Shown here piece by piece: positions 15,438 through 29,299 of a stretch of DNA of 64,000 bases. The position numbers and the translations under genes were made by a program. The notes under the pieces are model-generated. The model searched no databases. It was given only the letters and a program-made list of their open reading frames with translations, and was not told the DNA's origin. Source of the DNA: Eledone cirrhosa (lineage: Eukaryota); contig OZ024757.1 of the NCBI GenBank assembly GCA_964016885.1, positions 32,364,001 through 32,428,000 on the forward strand. The letters run 5' to 3'. Numbering within the stretch: position 1 is the first letter of the stretch; each line of letters opens with the position of its first letter.

Positions 15438-15878
15438 CGAGGGAAGTGTGGTAAGGAACCAGGTGGACCATAACACACCAGAGTACTCGATACTATGGTT
15501 AGTAGAGTGGGTATATATATATATGTGTGTGTGTTGTGTGTATACGAGAGAAAGGTAGATACGAGATACAGATAAAGACAGAAGTAGATACGAGAGAGAT
15601 AGGTAAGAAAGATATATAACTAATGACTGGCTCACACAAATTCATTCATAAGCTGTGCTATGTGTGTACAGTTATTTATGCTCGTGTATGTGTATTTATA
15701 TACGAAGGTGTGTGTGCGTGTGTGTGTCAAATACATGGTGGGGGGGGGGGTATTGAATGTTAGTGTCAATGTGGAGAGAAGTGGGGAGGGAGAATTCACA
15801 ACAGTGTGTCAGATATATAATGAAAACAAGGTCATGTGTATATGTATATAATCCTAATATATATACATTCGTTTTATT

Positions 15879-15916
<38 letters not shown>

Positions 15917-15991
15917 CATATGTGTGTGTGTATATATATACATATAAATATATATATATAATGTATATATATATATAATGTATTATATATA

Positions 15992-16194
15992 GGGCGAGGG
16001 ATTGGCAGTATCGGTAGAGGGTCGGACGCCATGCTTTGCAGCACAGTTACGTCCCTTTACGGACTGAGTTCAAATCCCGCCGAGGTTAACTTTGCCTTTC
16101 ATCCTTACGGGGGTCGATAAAATAAAGTACCAGTAATACACTTGGATAATTGCTGGCCTTGTGCCAAAAGTAGAAACAATTATATATAATGTAT

Positions 16195-16256
<62 letters not shown>

Positions 16257-16620
16257 ATGTAATTATATATATGATGGTTTCTTATATAGGCACAAGGCCA
16301 TCGATTTTGAGGGAGCGGAAAGTCGATTAATCGGCCACAGTGCGTGACCACAGTTTAGCGACCCGTAAGGATGAAAGGCAAAGTTGACCTCGGCGGGATT
16401 TGAAGTCAGATAATAAAGGGCCGTAACTCTATGCTGCAAAGCATGGCATCCGACCCTCAACCGATTCTGCCAGAGCGCATAGGGAGGGAGAAATCGTATT
16501 GGTAGAGACGTTAGAACTTCGTTTAGAATGCTTTGCATTATTTATTTCCGCTCTCTGAGCTCTGAGTTCAAGTTCCATCGAAGTCAACTTTGCCTTTCAT
16601 CCTTTCGAGGTCGATAAACA
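15992..16620. mobile_element. Cluster of three OK-like SINEs (+ 15992-16182, - 16275-16472, + about 16490-16620)
   Basis: A/B boxes and conserved central domain as at 3315. Confidence 0.85.
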
Positions 16621-17279
16621 AAGGGGGGGAGGTCGATCCTTTCTCTGTATTTCTTTCACTCTCTCTCTCTCACTCTCTGGAAGAAGTTGACTGTATTCAG
16701 ATCTCAACAGCGTACCTACGACCCGATCAAAGGTCAACGACCATGACATGGTATGGCATATATATTTGATTCCTTGACTCAATAAAATATTTTCCTGGTT
16801 CAGGTCTTCTTACGACATTTTGTAACTACGCCATTTTCCTCACAAATATTCCACGTACATATCTCATTTATGTCCCACATTCTCGTATAGCGTATTAAAT
16901 CTAAATGTTTTTTTTATTTTTAGATTTCTCTGCGATTTTTCATCAACGTTGTTAGTAGACGGAGGCAAATTCCTACAAACTCTAAGCAGGCCCTCACCAC
17001 CTGCTATTCGGCGAATGACTTCCATTATAACTTCTAAAGTAATGGCCTGGTGTAACGATTTCACTTTATGTGTTCATATTACCGAAAGGTAGGATGAAAT
17101 GATTTCAAAATTACACCCGGAAGTAGCCTGAAGGTAGTTTAATCTGGTCTCCCGTTGTGGTTTCAGACTACCCCCACAAATCGTCACCCCGTGTTCTTCT
17201 CTGCTAGGAGCTATTTGCAAGCATTTGAATTGCAAGTATTATCGTTTTAGCTAACTCAAAGGGATGGGTGGGTAATACT

Positions 17280-17650
17280 AATTTCTAATTTAGGTACAAG
17301 GCCAGCAAAGTTGAAGTAGCGGCGAAGTTGATTATTTTTTTCATTATTTCGACACCGGAAGATGGAAGGACAAAGTTGATTAAATCTTTATTTTACCGAC
17401 CCTGGAAGGATGAAAGGCAAAGTTGACCTTGGTGGGATTTGAACGCAAAATGTAAAAAGCCAGAGCTAAATACCACAACGGCTTTTTATCAGACTCTATA
17501 CCAATTCTGCCAATTAAGGGTGGGGTCCCTTAATGATTTCCAACTGAAGTACAAGTCCAGCAATTTTAAGGGAAAGGATAAGTTGATTAAACCAAAGCTA
17601 CTACTTCACTAGTCCTTTATTTTATCGACCCACGAACAATCAAAGGCAAA
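17280..17650 (-). mobile_element. Two older OK-like SINE copies
   Basis: GGATGAAAGGCAAAGTTGACCTTGGTGGGATTTGAAC and CTTTATTTTATCGACCC motifs. Confidence 0.75.
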
Positions 17651-17654
17651 TACC

Positions 17655-17815
17655 TTCTTCTTTTTCGTCTTCTATGCTCACATATTCCTGAGAGGGTCAT
17701 GGAGGTAGAGTCCACAAACACTCCTAGTGGGTCGTGTCAGAAGCAACCGTCTCCAACTGATCCAGCTGGATCCCTAAGCGTTACCAGCCAAGCTCATTAA
17801 TGTTATCCAACCATC
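17655..17815 (-). mobile_element. RTE-type LINE 3'-terminal fragment (also about 25735-25880 and 27835-27985)
   Basis: Three homologous copies. The 25.8-kb copy translates on the minus strand as LGWSRLGIQPGQLATVAYDRTRWKGCL, an RTE-like A.DR..W terminus. Confidence 0.6.
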
Positions 17816-18264
17816 TTGTTCGGAATCTATCCCTGGGTCTCTTGCCGGTTGGTTTTGCTCGTAAATTCTACTCAGCGATTCTTTCCTGAGACATTCTAAC
17901 AACATTTTAATGTTTGGAATCCAGGATGTTATGCCATATATACCAAGATTACTAGATATATGAATAATCATACCAACAGGAGAATTTACATATTCAAATA
18001 GTAATGGTTTACATAAGAGAAACTTCATAGTTTGTGTTGATTACTGGCACATGGATGTGATTAAAGTTGAGAAAGATATTTTAATGAATACCCAGGATAT
18101 ATATATACAAATAATATACAAGATTAAATGTATGAGTAACTTTGGAGACATTACTATCTACGAGGCCAAATGTAGGGTTAGAACACAGGAACTTGTTCCA
18201 GGGAAGCGCACTTATAGTAGCAATATGACTAAGACAAGAAATGCATTGCGTATGTTTTGTGTGT

Positions 18265-18620
18265 GTAGAGAAACACTTAATAGGGGCGATCAGAGGGAGA
18301 TTTGGCTGCTATTTTTACAAGATCAAGTGCCAATGTAGAGAATCACTTAATAGTGGTGATCAGAGGGAGATTTGGCTGCTATTTTTACAAGATCAAGTGC
18401 CAATGTAGAGAAACACTTAATAGGATTGATCAGAGGGAGATTTGGCTGCTATTTTTACAAGATCAAGTGCCAATGTAGAGAATCACTTAATAGGGGTGAT
18501 CAGAGGGAGATTTGGCTGCTATTTTTACAAGATCAAGTGCCAATGTAGAGAATCACTTAATAGGGGTGATCAGAGGGAGATTTGACTGCTATTTTTACAA
18601 GATCAAGTGACTATGTAGAG
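18265..18620. repeat. 70-bp minisatellite, 5 copies
   Basis: Units start at 18265, 18335, 18405, 18475 and 18545 (GTAGAGAATCACTTAATAGGGGTGATCAGAGGGAGATTTGGCTGCTATTTTTACAAGATCAAGTGCCAAT). Confidence 0.95.
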
Positions 18621-19128
18621 GCTCCTTAATTACCACGTATGTATATATGTGTATATAGGTTCCTGTGTGTATATGTGATGTAAATGTGTGAGTGTATATG
18701 GGTGAATGCATGGTATAGATGTGTGTGTATATATTATGTATATTTTGCATGTGTCTATGCACAGTTGGAATGTTGTGAAAATTAGGTGTATATGAAAGTA
18801 TATATGAATGTGCGTATAATGTGTGTGCATGCTGCACTCTATGTGTGTTGTGCATGTATATGTATGTAAAGGTATATGTTGTGCCTCTGATTTGTGTTTA
18901 TTATACGTGTGTGTCTGTGTGTGTGTATGTAGGTCACAATAGTGCGTGTGTGGGAGAGGGTGGAGGGATGTGAACTCTAGGTCAAGGTGGAAGGAGGGGG
19001 AGTAGAATATAACGCAGTTGTCAAGTGAGGGGGGAGGAGATGAGAAGTGTGTATATGTATACATGTGCGCTTGTATGTGTACGTGTGTGATTGTATGTAT
19101 ACGTGTGTGATTGTGTATAATGGATTAG

Positions 19129-19159
<31 letters not shown>

Positions 19160-19936
19160 GTATGTGTGTATGTATGTGTGTCCGATTGTATGTGTACGTG
19201 TGTGATTGTGTATATCGATGAGTGTGTACATATATATGTGTGTACATGTACGTGTGTGACTGTGTATATGGGTTAGTGTATATATATATATATATATATA
19301 AATATATATATATGTGTGCTTGTGTGTATGTATGTGCGTATGTGCTTGTGTGTATGTATGTGTGTATATATGTAGGTGCATTTTGTGTATATAATATTAA
19401 AGTATAAGAGTGGGTGCAGAATACGATTGTGTGAATATGTATATACGTCGTGGTATGTATGTGTAGTTATGATGGTAATTAATGGTATGGTGGTGGTGGT
19501 GGATGGTGTGGTGGTGGTGTGTGGGTGGTGGTGGTGGTAGATGGTGTGGGGGTGGTGGTGGTGGTAGATGGTGTGTAGGTGGTGGTGTGTTGGTGGTAAT
19601 GGTGGAGGTAAAGGTAGTGGGTGGTGGATGGTGTGTTGGTGGTGGTGATGATGGTGGTAGTAGTGGTGGTGGTGGTGGTAGTAGTGGTGGTGTTGGTGGT
19701 GGTGGTGGTGGGAGTGATTGTGATGGTAATGGTGGTGGTGGTGGTGGTAGTGATGGAACTAGTGGTGGTGATGGTATTGGTGGTGACAACGGTGGTGGTG
19801 GTAGTAGCGGTGGTAGTGATGGTGGTGGGGGTAAGTTAGTTAAGGAAAGAAAAGAGAGAGAAAGAAATAGTAAAAAAAGAAAAAGAAACCAACCAGAGTG
19901 AGATAAGGGGGACTACTTATTAACGGTGGGGAAGAT

Positions 19937-19986
<50 letters not shown>

Positions 19987-19994
19987 TGAGAGAG

Positions 19995-20460
19995 AGAGTG
20001 TGTGTTTGTGTGAGACAGGGAGACTGTGAGAGAGAGTGTGTGTGTGTGAGACACAGAGACTGTGAGAGAGAGTGTGTGTGTGTGAGACACAGAGACTGTG
20101 AGAGAGAGTGTGTGTGTGTGAGAGACAGACTGTGAGAGTGTGTGTGAGAGACAGACTGTGAGAGAGTGTGTGTGAGAGACAGAGACTGTGAGAGTGTGTG
20201 TGTGAGAGACAGACTGTGAGAGAGAGTGTGTGTGTGTGAGACAGAGACTGTGAGAGTGTGTGTGTGAGAGACAGACTGTGAGAGTGTGTGTGTGTGTGAG
20301 AGACAGAGACTGTGAGAGAGAGTGTGTGTGTGTGAGAGACAGACTGTGAGAGTGTATGTGTGTGTGAGAGACAGAGACTGTGAGAGAGTGTGTGTGTGTG
20401 AGAGACAGACTGTGAGAGAGAGTGTGTGTGTGTGTGAGAGACAGACTGTGAGAGTGTGCG
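19995..20460. repeat. Compound (GA)n(GT)n-GAGACAGACTGT minisatellite
   Basis: Repeated unit of about 30 bp with variable dinucleotide runs. Confidence 0.9.
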
Positions 20461-20599
20461 ATTGAGAAAGACAGAGAGAGAGAGAGTGAAGGAGAGGAAG
20501 AGAATGAGTGAGAGAGAGAGCAGGAGAGGGGGCGGGGTGAGGACATGCGTGATTGAGAAAAAGGGAGAGAGAGTGAGAGAGTGTGTGAGTGACAGACAA

Positions 20600-20630
<31 letters not shown>

Positions 20631-20788
20631 TAGTAGTAGGACTAGAGACAAGGGGAGAAGTAACAGTATGAGGGGAGGGGTGAAAGTAAAAGTTAACTCA
20701 AGTTACAATGTTTAGAGATAATGTCTGATATTATATACTAGCTTTGATACACACACATACACATATACATATATATACTGACATATTA

Positions 20789-20819
<31 letters not shown>

Positions 20820-20872
20820 CAGATATATATGTATATATGCATACATATTTATACATGTATACACACACATAC

Positions 20873-20904
<32 letters not shown>

Positions 20905-20991
20905 ATATATTTACATATATATACATATATATATATCCACAGACACACACACAGATATACATACATATTAATATATGTATACATACACACA

Positions 20992-21038
<47 letters not shown>

Positions 21039-21041
<3 letters not shown>

Positions 21042-21230
21042 GGAGTAAGTAAGACCCCGACGGCTGAGCTCAAGCCGTTTCGACGGCTAATTCTGTACAG
21101 AATTAGCCGTCGAAACGGCTTGAGCTCAGCCGTCGGGGTCTTACTTACTCCTATTACCCACTCTACTACCCTAAGTATTGAGTGCTTTGGTGCGTTATGG
21201 TCCACCTGGTTCCTTACCACTTTTCCTTCG

Positions 21231-21232
<2 letters not shown>
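21039..21232 (+). mobile_element. Family C element with a perfect 116-bp palindrome holding the hammerhead 3' half
   Basis: 21039-21154 is its own reverse complement and contains GAAA CGGCT-TGAGCTC-AGCCG TC^GGGG. Its tail CCTATTACCCACTCTACTACCCTAAGTATTGAG...CCTTACCAC is shared with 23125-23295, 32728-32872 and 15436-15512 (-). Confidence 0.8.
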
Positions 21233-21287
<55 letters not shown>

Positions 21288-21390
21288 ACACACACACACA
21301 CACATAAACATACATGTATGTATATAGATATATAATAAATATACATATAAATTGCACACACATATGTATGGCATACTGGCTTTCATGTTT

Positions 21391-21453
<63 letters not shown>

Positions 21454-21662
21454 TACCTATACGTTTATACATACATAAATACATTCATAAATACATACAT
21501 ACATACTTGGACACGCATACATATATACATGCGCACACGTATACATACATTCTTACATTTACATACATAATACACATATAGATACGTCACGTTCTACTGG
21601 CCTTTGGTTTCCCATCGGTTAATATCAGTGAAACGAGGCGGGAAGACAGCATGGTGGAATAT

Positions 21663-21876
21663 TTAACCCTTTAGCATTTACATTACTCTATATATATACT
21701 ATTATATTTTCATGGTAAAGGCTTTACCTCACAATATCGAATCTATGAGATTTTGTAAGTATTTATTTTGAGAACAATACCTTAACATCAGTTTGAGCGA
21801 CCAGTTACAGTCAGTTTCAACAGAAAGAGGTAGGGAATTCTGGCCGGTTTTGGCCGGTTTGATCATTAAAGGGCTA
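21663..21876. mobile_element. piggyBac-like MITE (opposite-orientation relative ends at about 56438)
   Basis: TTAA-CCCTTTA ... TAAAGGG-CTAA termini. The homolog at about 56290-56438 ends TAAAGGG-TTAA. Confidence 0.6.
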
Positions 21877-22127
21877 AAAACCTCCCTTTACGATTATAAG
21901 ATCCCAGGTTCAATTCTACTACGCAGCATCTTGGTCAAATGTCATTTATCATATAATAGACTGAGGACGACAAATAGGGTAGACGGAAGCTGTTTGGAAG
22001 CCGTTCAGATCGATTTAGCCTGTAATTCAATGGATCAGCCTTGTCACCTTGTTGTATTAGGCTGATTCTTTCTAAGAATTAAATTCAGGGTACTCATGTC
22101 TGAGAAATATTCAGTGACTTGCACTAT

Positions 22128-22525
22128 AATTGCTTCTACTTTTGGCACAAGGCCAGCAATTACCCCAGTGCATTACTGTTGCTTTACTTTATCGACCCCG
22201 TAATGATGAAAATCCAAGTTAACCTCGGCGGAATTTTGAAGTCAGACCGTAAAGGAATGTAACTCTATGCTGCAAAGCTATATATAAGTATATATAATGT
22301 GGGTAATAATTGTTTCTGATTGAGGCACAAGGCCAACAATGTTTTGGTGGGGAGGGAAGGGGAAAGTCGATTAAATCGACCCCAGTGCATTACTGCTACT
22401 TTATCTTATCGTTCCTGTAAGGATGAAAGGCAAAGTTAACCTCGGCGGAATTTGAACTCAGAACTTAAAGGCCATAACTCTATGCTGCAAAGCATGGTGT
22501 CCGACGCTCTACCGATATTACCAAT
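22128..22525 (-). mobile_element. Two OK-like SINEs
   Basis: Reverse-complement SINE motifs as at 13146. Confidence 0.85.
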
Positions 22526-23291
22526 ACAAGATAAATTTTACCTGTAATCCAAAGGGTCAGCCATGTCACACTGGAATCCCCTAAAAATTATATGAAGGGT
22601 ACACGTGCCTATGAATTACTCAGCCACTACACTATAATACAAGATAGATTGTACCTGTAATTCAAAGGGCCAGGCTTGTCACAGATTACACATGTGCCTG
22701 TAGAAAACTCAGTTAAGGGTACAAGATAGATTGTACCCATAACTCAATGGGCCTGCCTTATCATACATTATATCACACTGGATCTCCCTGAGAATTAAGG
22801 GCATACATTCGTTTGGAATACTCAGGCATTACCACGTTGATTTTACGAAGGAGCTGTTCTGTTAATCGAACAACTGGAACACTCATTGTCAAAACAGGTG
22901 GAGGGGGTGGACGGTGACCTCCCCATTTAGATATAGGTGCCAGCTTGTTTGTCATAAATGGGTTCAGAACTGCGAATTGGTGAAGGACTTTCTAGTATTG
23001 ATTTATTTATATGCTGATATATTTACTATTTGACAGAGAGAAACACTGGAACATGTGTGAGTGCGTGTGGAGGGACGGGGAAGGAGAGAGAATGAAACAC
23101 GTATTTATATATATACATATATATAGGAAAAGAGTCAGGACCCCGACGGCCGAGTTCCGGCCGTTTCGACAGCTAGATCCGGACTCAGCCGTCGGGGTCC
23201 TAACCCTTTTCCTATTACCCACTCTACTACCCTAAGTATCGAGTACTCTGGTGCGTTATGGTCCACCTGATTTCTTATCACACTTTCTTTG

Positions 23292-23373
<82 letters not shown>

Positions 23374-23433
23374 TAAATAACAGATTAACGTTTTTTGAAA
23401 TATCCAGTTCTGCGTTTACAGATTGACTTTGTT

Positions 23434-23484
23434 AGTTTCAGAAGATCCCGTTAAGGGTGAAAGCAGCGATTCTTTGCTTAAACT
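23434..23484 (+). ncRNA. Hammerhead-like motif, family B
   Basis: AGTTT CAGAAGA TCCC-GTTAA-GGGT GAAA GCA..TGC TT^AAACT, inside element 23370-23595 bounded by (TA)n. Confidence 0.6.
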
Positions 23485-23589
23485 TTAATCTGTTATTTAA
23501 TAAATATTTGCTCTTCGGTTCTTATATATTTGATATATATTTTCCTTATCGAGCCCTCTTTGGATTTTAGTCTTCAATTTTATTATTAT

Positions 23590-23651
<62 letters not shown>

Positions 23652-24093
23652 AAGCCACCAATCAAAACAAACTTAAACTGACCACCATATTTCAATGCGA
23701 ATCGATATATACTTCTTCTACGCCCTAAGAGGTTCATTCTGTCATTACCACAACCAAGGTTCGACGAGCTTTGATTCCAGAGCCGGGCTAGATCAATACA
23801 GATCGAACCTTAAGCTTATCAATAGCGAAACATGCGTCACTACTCAATAAACATAATGAAGACATAACAAATCGTCCTTTATATATATATATATATCAGG
23901 AAGCCCTGATGAAACAGTTCTAGTCCTGTAGAAGCCATTTCTATATTATATATTAAATATATGAGTACCTTACTTACTGTGGTTACCCCCGATATATATA
24001 TATAAGGTAACAGAAATAACAAAGCAAACGGCATAGTACACGGAAGGAATATATTAATTTAACGCTGGAAATAGCAACAGTATATACACGTGC

Positions 24094-24126
<33 letters not shown>

Positions 24127-24210
24127 GTTTATCCCGGGTTCAATCGGGGGTAACCACAATACGTAAGGTACACAATACATAGCAGAGTATAAATATTTAA
24201 TATAGAAATG

Positions 24211-24259
24211 GCTTCTACAGGACTAGAACTGTTTCATTCAGGAGAAACCATCAGGAAGC
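24211..24259 (-). ncRNA. Hammerhead, family A (A9G core mutation)
   Basis: GCTTC CTGATGG TTTC-TCCT-GAAT GAAA CAG-TTCTAGTC-CTG TA^GAAGC. Confidence 0.65.
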
Positions 24260-24284
24260 TAAGTTCGTGGATATGATGTGTATA

Positions 24285-24330
<46 letters not shown>

Positions 24331-24478
24331 TGAGTATATGTTGGTTGTTTACCGACAGCTCAGTATGCACAATGGAGCACTCAACGAAGTACGCAGGTTG
24401 GTTTGGTTACTCCGGAGTAATGTAAAATAAAATAATTAAGTCAAATATTTAAAAATTGGCTTCGTTTATTAAAGATGT

Positions 24479-24533
24479 ACTGCTATATATATTTCGGTGA
24501 CAGCCATCCTTGGCTGTGACCTCTTCAGGCAGT
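24479..24533 (-). ncRNA. Type I hammerhead ribozyme, family E
   Basis: ACTGC CTGAAGA GGTCACAGCCA-AGGA-TGGCTGTCACC GAAA TATATA TA^GCAGT. Core is canonical and stem II closes with G-C. Confidence 0.9.
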
Positions 24534-24697
24534 CCGAATTGGTGTGGTAGAGACAGGTACACATGTTGTTGAAGTGTTTAACTCCGCCAATACTCCGATA
24601 TGTCCAGCTCCTGGTTGGGTTGTTATTTCTCTGAGGAACTGGAATCATATCCAGTAACGAAGCCAATTTTTAAATATTTGACTTAATTATTTTATTT

Positions 24698-24793
<96 letters not shown>

Positions 24794-25113
24794 CGTGTGT
24801 GTATACGCGTGTTATATATCCACATGTGTGTACAGTAAGAGAGAGAGAGAGGCTTGAGGGAGTATATATGTGTTTACACGCGTGTGTGTACAGTATGAAA
24901 GTACCAGTATGTATATACAATAGATAAACAAATAGCATACAGTGGTTAGTGAAGAAGAAACATAATCGGCAACATAGCCAATATCACAACAATGCATCTA
25001 ACATAGGTACAACGTCACGATTTGGGGTGGTTGGGTGGCTGGATGGCTGGGTGGCTGGGTGGCTGGAACTGGTCATTCATTTGACATGCGTGTGTGTATG
25101 TGTGTATGTATAA

Positions 25114-25194
<81 letters not shown>

Positions 25195-25216
25195 ATGTGT
25201 GTGTGTGTGTGTATGT

Positions 25217-25267
<51 letters not shown>

Positions 25268-25454
25268 ATGTGTGTGTGTGTGTATGTATGTATGTAAGTA
25301 TGTAAGCAAAGAGATATTTAATTTGTTGGTTATTCAACAAATTTATTTATAACAGATTCGAAGCATTCTACAAGATTTCTGGAGTATCCAAACTGAACTT
25401 AAAACGATAAGTTCTTAGTTTTGGGATATGTCAATACTTATAAAACAACTTTTG

Positions 25455-25515
25455 TATTTTATCTGATGAGAGCGTACCAAAATTGTGGTACCCTTGAAAT
25501 ATATATAATAAAATA
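25455..25515 (+). ncRNA. Type I hammerhead ribozyme, family D
   Basis: TATTTTAT CTGATGA GAGCGTACCA-AAATTG-TGGTACCCTT GAAA TATATA TA^ATAAAATA. Stem I is a perfect 8 bp. Confidence 0.9.
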
Positions 25516-25628
25516 AATATGGTTTGATAAAGATAGTTTACATTTATTTATATCATTGATATATATGTATGTGTGTGTGTGTGTAGTATGTATGTGGTGA
25601 TTTGTTAGTGTCAATGAGTTATTATATA

Positions 25629-25708
<80 letters not shown>

Positions 25709-26129
25709 CTGGCTTTTGTGTGTGTATATATGTGATATCGTCTTCATCCACTTATTCCTGAGAGGGGGGGGGGCGGGCAGAGTCCTCAAACACCCCTTCC
25801 AGCGGGTCCTGTCATAAGCAACCGTCGCCAATTGACCTGGCTGGATCCCCAAGCGTGACCAGCCAAGGTTCGTGGATATAATGAATGTATGTACGTATGA
25901 GTGTATACTTTCTTTACACTCCCTGCTCACTGCAGCTGCCTTAAGTCTGGAATTCAACCCAACACGAGAAAGATCTCGTAACAACATTGAGTGCTTCGAA
26001 CGGGGTGCCACCTGTAACTGTAGTTACACACATATAATATATATGTGTGGGGTCATCTCGATTGCATGGAGAACCGTCGAGATTATTTTTGTGATTAAGC
26101 GATATATGTAACCTCAGCATCTTATTTTG

Positions 26130-26167
<38 letters not shown>

Positions 26168-26171
26168 TATA

Positions 26172-26362
26172 AGTTTATCCCGGGTTCAATCGGGGGTATC
26201 CACAGTAAGTAAGGTACTCAATACAAATCAGAGTATAAATATTTACTATAGAAATGGTTTCTACAGGACTAGAACTGTTTCATTCGCGTGAAAGCATCAG
26301 GAAGCCATGATGATTTCTCCCGAATAAAACAGTTCTAGTCCTGTAGAAGCCATTTCTATATT
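26172..26362. mobile_element. Family A element as a fold-back with two back-to-back degenerate hammerheads (- 26257-26305, + 26306-26350)
   Basis: CTACAGGACTAGAACTGTTTCATTC ... GAATAAAACAGTTCTAGTCCTGTAG inverted pair, flanked by (TA)n. Confidence 0.75.
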
Positions 26363-27017
26363 GTATATATATATATATATAGGAACGATCGACTTTCGTT
26401 AAATCGGACCGAGGAAACAATGTTTCCGTTGGTCTTTCCAATTGCTAATACTATCTGTCGGTCGCAACTCCAGGTAGAAGGAGCAATGTGAAATAAAGTG
26501 TCTTGCTCAAGGACATAACGCATCGGCTGGTCCAGGAATCGAACTCACAACCTCACGATTGCGAATCCAATTCTCTTTACACTCAGTCACACGCCATATA
26601 TATATATATATATATAGTATTTACGTATCGAGAAAGAGAGAAAAAGGAGGGATAGGTGATACATATAGTTATTTGCTATTATCCGATTATTTACTTTCCC
26701 ACACATATATATATATATATATATATACACTCACACATGTGTGTGTGAGTGTGTGTGGGTTTCAAAATATGAAAGGTGTTTGGCTCATAATCGTGATTTC
26801 GATCCCACTGCGGTGATTTGTTTCCTCTTGGGTGGGGAAACTATGAACTCTACCTATTATTCGAAGGGCCAGCCTTGTCACTCTTTGTGTTACAATCTTT
26901 GTGAATCAATCTCCCTGAATACTACGTTCAGGCAACACGTGTCTGTGGAATGCTCAGCCACTTACACGTTAAATTCCTAAGCAGGATTTTCTGTTGAACA
27001 ACTGGAAATACTCATTG

Positions 27018-27065
<48 letters not shown>

Positions 27066-27242
27066 GTGTGCGTTTCTGCAGAGGTCAGGAGTCCTTTCAA
27101 AACCCCTTAATTCTGTGTTCAATCCTTTTTTCCTTTTCTTCCGCTTTCATTTTCTCTGTCATTAATTGTTTCTCTGGTGGCGGCGGCGGCGGTAGTGGTG
27201 GTAGAGGAGAGGGAGAAGGCGGTAGTATTAAAGCAAATCGGT

Positions 27243-27243
<1 letters not shown>

Positions 27244-27292
<49 letters not shown>

Positions 27293-27293
27293 A

Positions 27294-27335
<42 letters not shown>

Positions 27336-27365
27336 AAATAGTAGTAGTAGTAGCAGTAACAGTAG
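27244..27365. repeat. (AGT)n microsatellite
   Basis: Directly visible. Confidence 0.98.
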
Positions 27366-28035
27366 TCGTCCATCAATCCAACCATGGGCTCTGAATACCT
27401 GATAGCGTAGTGTGGACGTTGTAAGGGCCTCGTATGGGTGACGTATGACCTAGGGATTGTCTTGGGTATTTTTAACTTGGTGAAGCCCATCCTTCTTCAG
27501 GCTTGAAACAGCCGATTTCTTCCACATAGAGACAGAGGGTGGGGGAGAAAGGGATAGAAAAAGAGTCTGTGACAGAGACTGGGAGAAAGAGGAGGGAGAA
27601 GGGCGATAGAATCGAACCTCAGTAAAGCACTGGTACTTCTCCGAAAGTATGAATGGCAAAGTCGACTTCAGCGGGAATCGAACTCAGAACGACACAGAGA
27701 ATAGTGCCGCACTCTGCCTAGTGGCAAGAATGGCTTTTTATACGAGCCTACCGTTTCAGAGGCCCCACACTATGGGCTTTATACTATTGTACTACAGTGC
27801 AAAGGAAAGAAGGGCACTATTTTATTCAAATTAAATGTCTTCTTCGTCGTCCAGTTATTCCTGGGAAAGTCGTAGGGGCAAAGTCCTCAAACACGCTTCC
27901 CAGCGGGTCCAGTAAGGAGCAACCGTCTCCAATTGATGCGGATGGATCCGCAAGCTAGATCAGCCAAGCTCATGGATGTTATCCAACCTTTTATTATTAT
28001 TATTGTTGTTGTTGTTGTTATAATTCAAATTAAAA

Positions 28036-28422
28036 GCGCGGTGGATTGGCAGTATCGGCAGAGAGTCGGACACCATGCTTTGCAGCATAGAGTTACAGCC
28101 ATTTACAGTCTGAGTTCAAATCTCGCCGAGGTTAACTTTGCCTTTCATCCTTACGGGGTCGATAAAATAAAGTACCAGTAATGCACTGGGTAATTGGTGG
28201 CCTTGTGCCAAAAGTAGAAACAATTATTATTCAATGGATTGTCAGTATTGGTAGAGGATCGGACGCCATGCTTTCCAGCATAGAGTTACGTCCTTTTACA
28301 GCCTGAGTTCAAATCCTGCCGAGGTTAACTTTGCCTTTTATCCTTATGGGGTCGATAAAATAAAGTACCAGTAATACACTGAGATAATTGTTGGCCTTGT
28401 GCCAAAAGTAAAAACAATTATT
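28036..28422 (+). mobile_element. Head-to-tail dimer of OK-like SINEs
   Basis: Two near-complete copies (28036-28228 and 28235-28422). ATTCAAATTAAA flanks both ends as a putative TSD. Confidence 0.9.
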
Positions 28423-28893
28423 ATTCAAATTAAATATAAAAAATGCAGACTTTATATAAGAGGGGCACAATAATCTTTTATGTAGGGCCTAAAAATAACT
28501 TAATCCGACCCAAATGATGCTTTTAACCTTTATGACATTCTTCTTTTGTTTTATATTTAGGGCCCCACACTTGCCTTAATCCGGCATTGGTTGAAAGCCG
28601 GAAGAAATACCAGCAAAGCATTCTATCCGACGCTCTAACTAAGAATTTAGCGAAATCACCCGCCGCCTGTAGTACTTAGTAGTAAATATTGGCGTAGCTT
28701 GAAAGCCACACATACCGGCGCACGATTCGAAACCGCGCCTAGGAATTGCATTGATTAGACTAGGTATGTTGTAGGGTCAAAGGTGCGATGAAGGTGACTG
28801 TAACCAAACATGTGCTAGAAAAGGAGGAAAGGGGAGGTTGTGTTGTTTATATGTCTCTACCCTCTCATTAAGTGCAGTGTATGTGAGTGTGTG

Positions 28894-28975
<82 letters not shown>

Positions 28976-28991
28976 CGCGTGTGTGTGTGTG

Positions 28992-29022
<31 letters not shown>

Positions 29023-29188
29023 ACTGACTGTGCCTTTACGACGGAAAATCCAAATATTTGCCCGACAAGCCACATGTGAATAATGACTTACTGATATAAT
29101 GTGTGTGTATCCCGGGTTCAATCGGAGGTAACCACAGTAAGTAAGGTACTCAATACATTGCAGAGTATAGATATTTAATATAGAAATA

Positions 29189-29238
29189 GCTTCTACATGA
29201 CTAGAACTGTTTCATTCGAAGGAAATCATCAGGAAAGC
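29189..29238 (-). ncRNA. Hammerhead, family A
   Basis: GCTTTC CTGATGA TTTC-CTTC-GAAT GAAA CAG-TTCTAGTC-ATG TA^GAAGC. Core intact, one stem III mismatch. Confidence 0.7.
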
Positions 29239-29239
29239 C

Positions 29240-29299
<60 letters not shown>

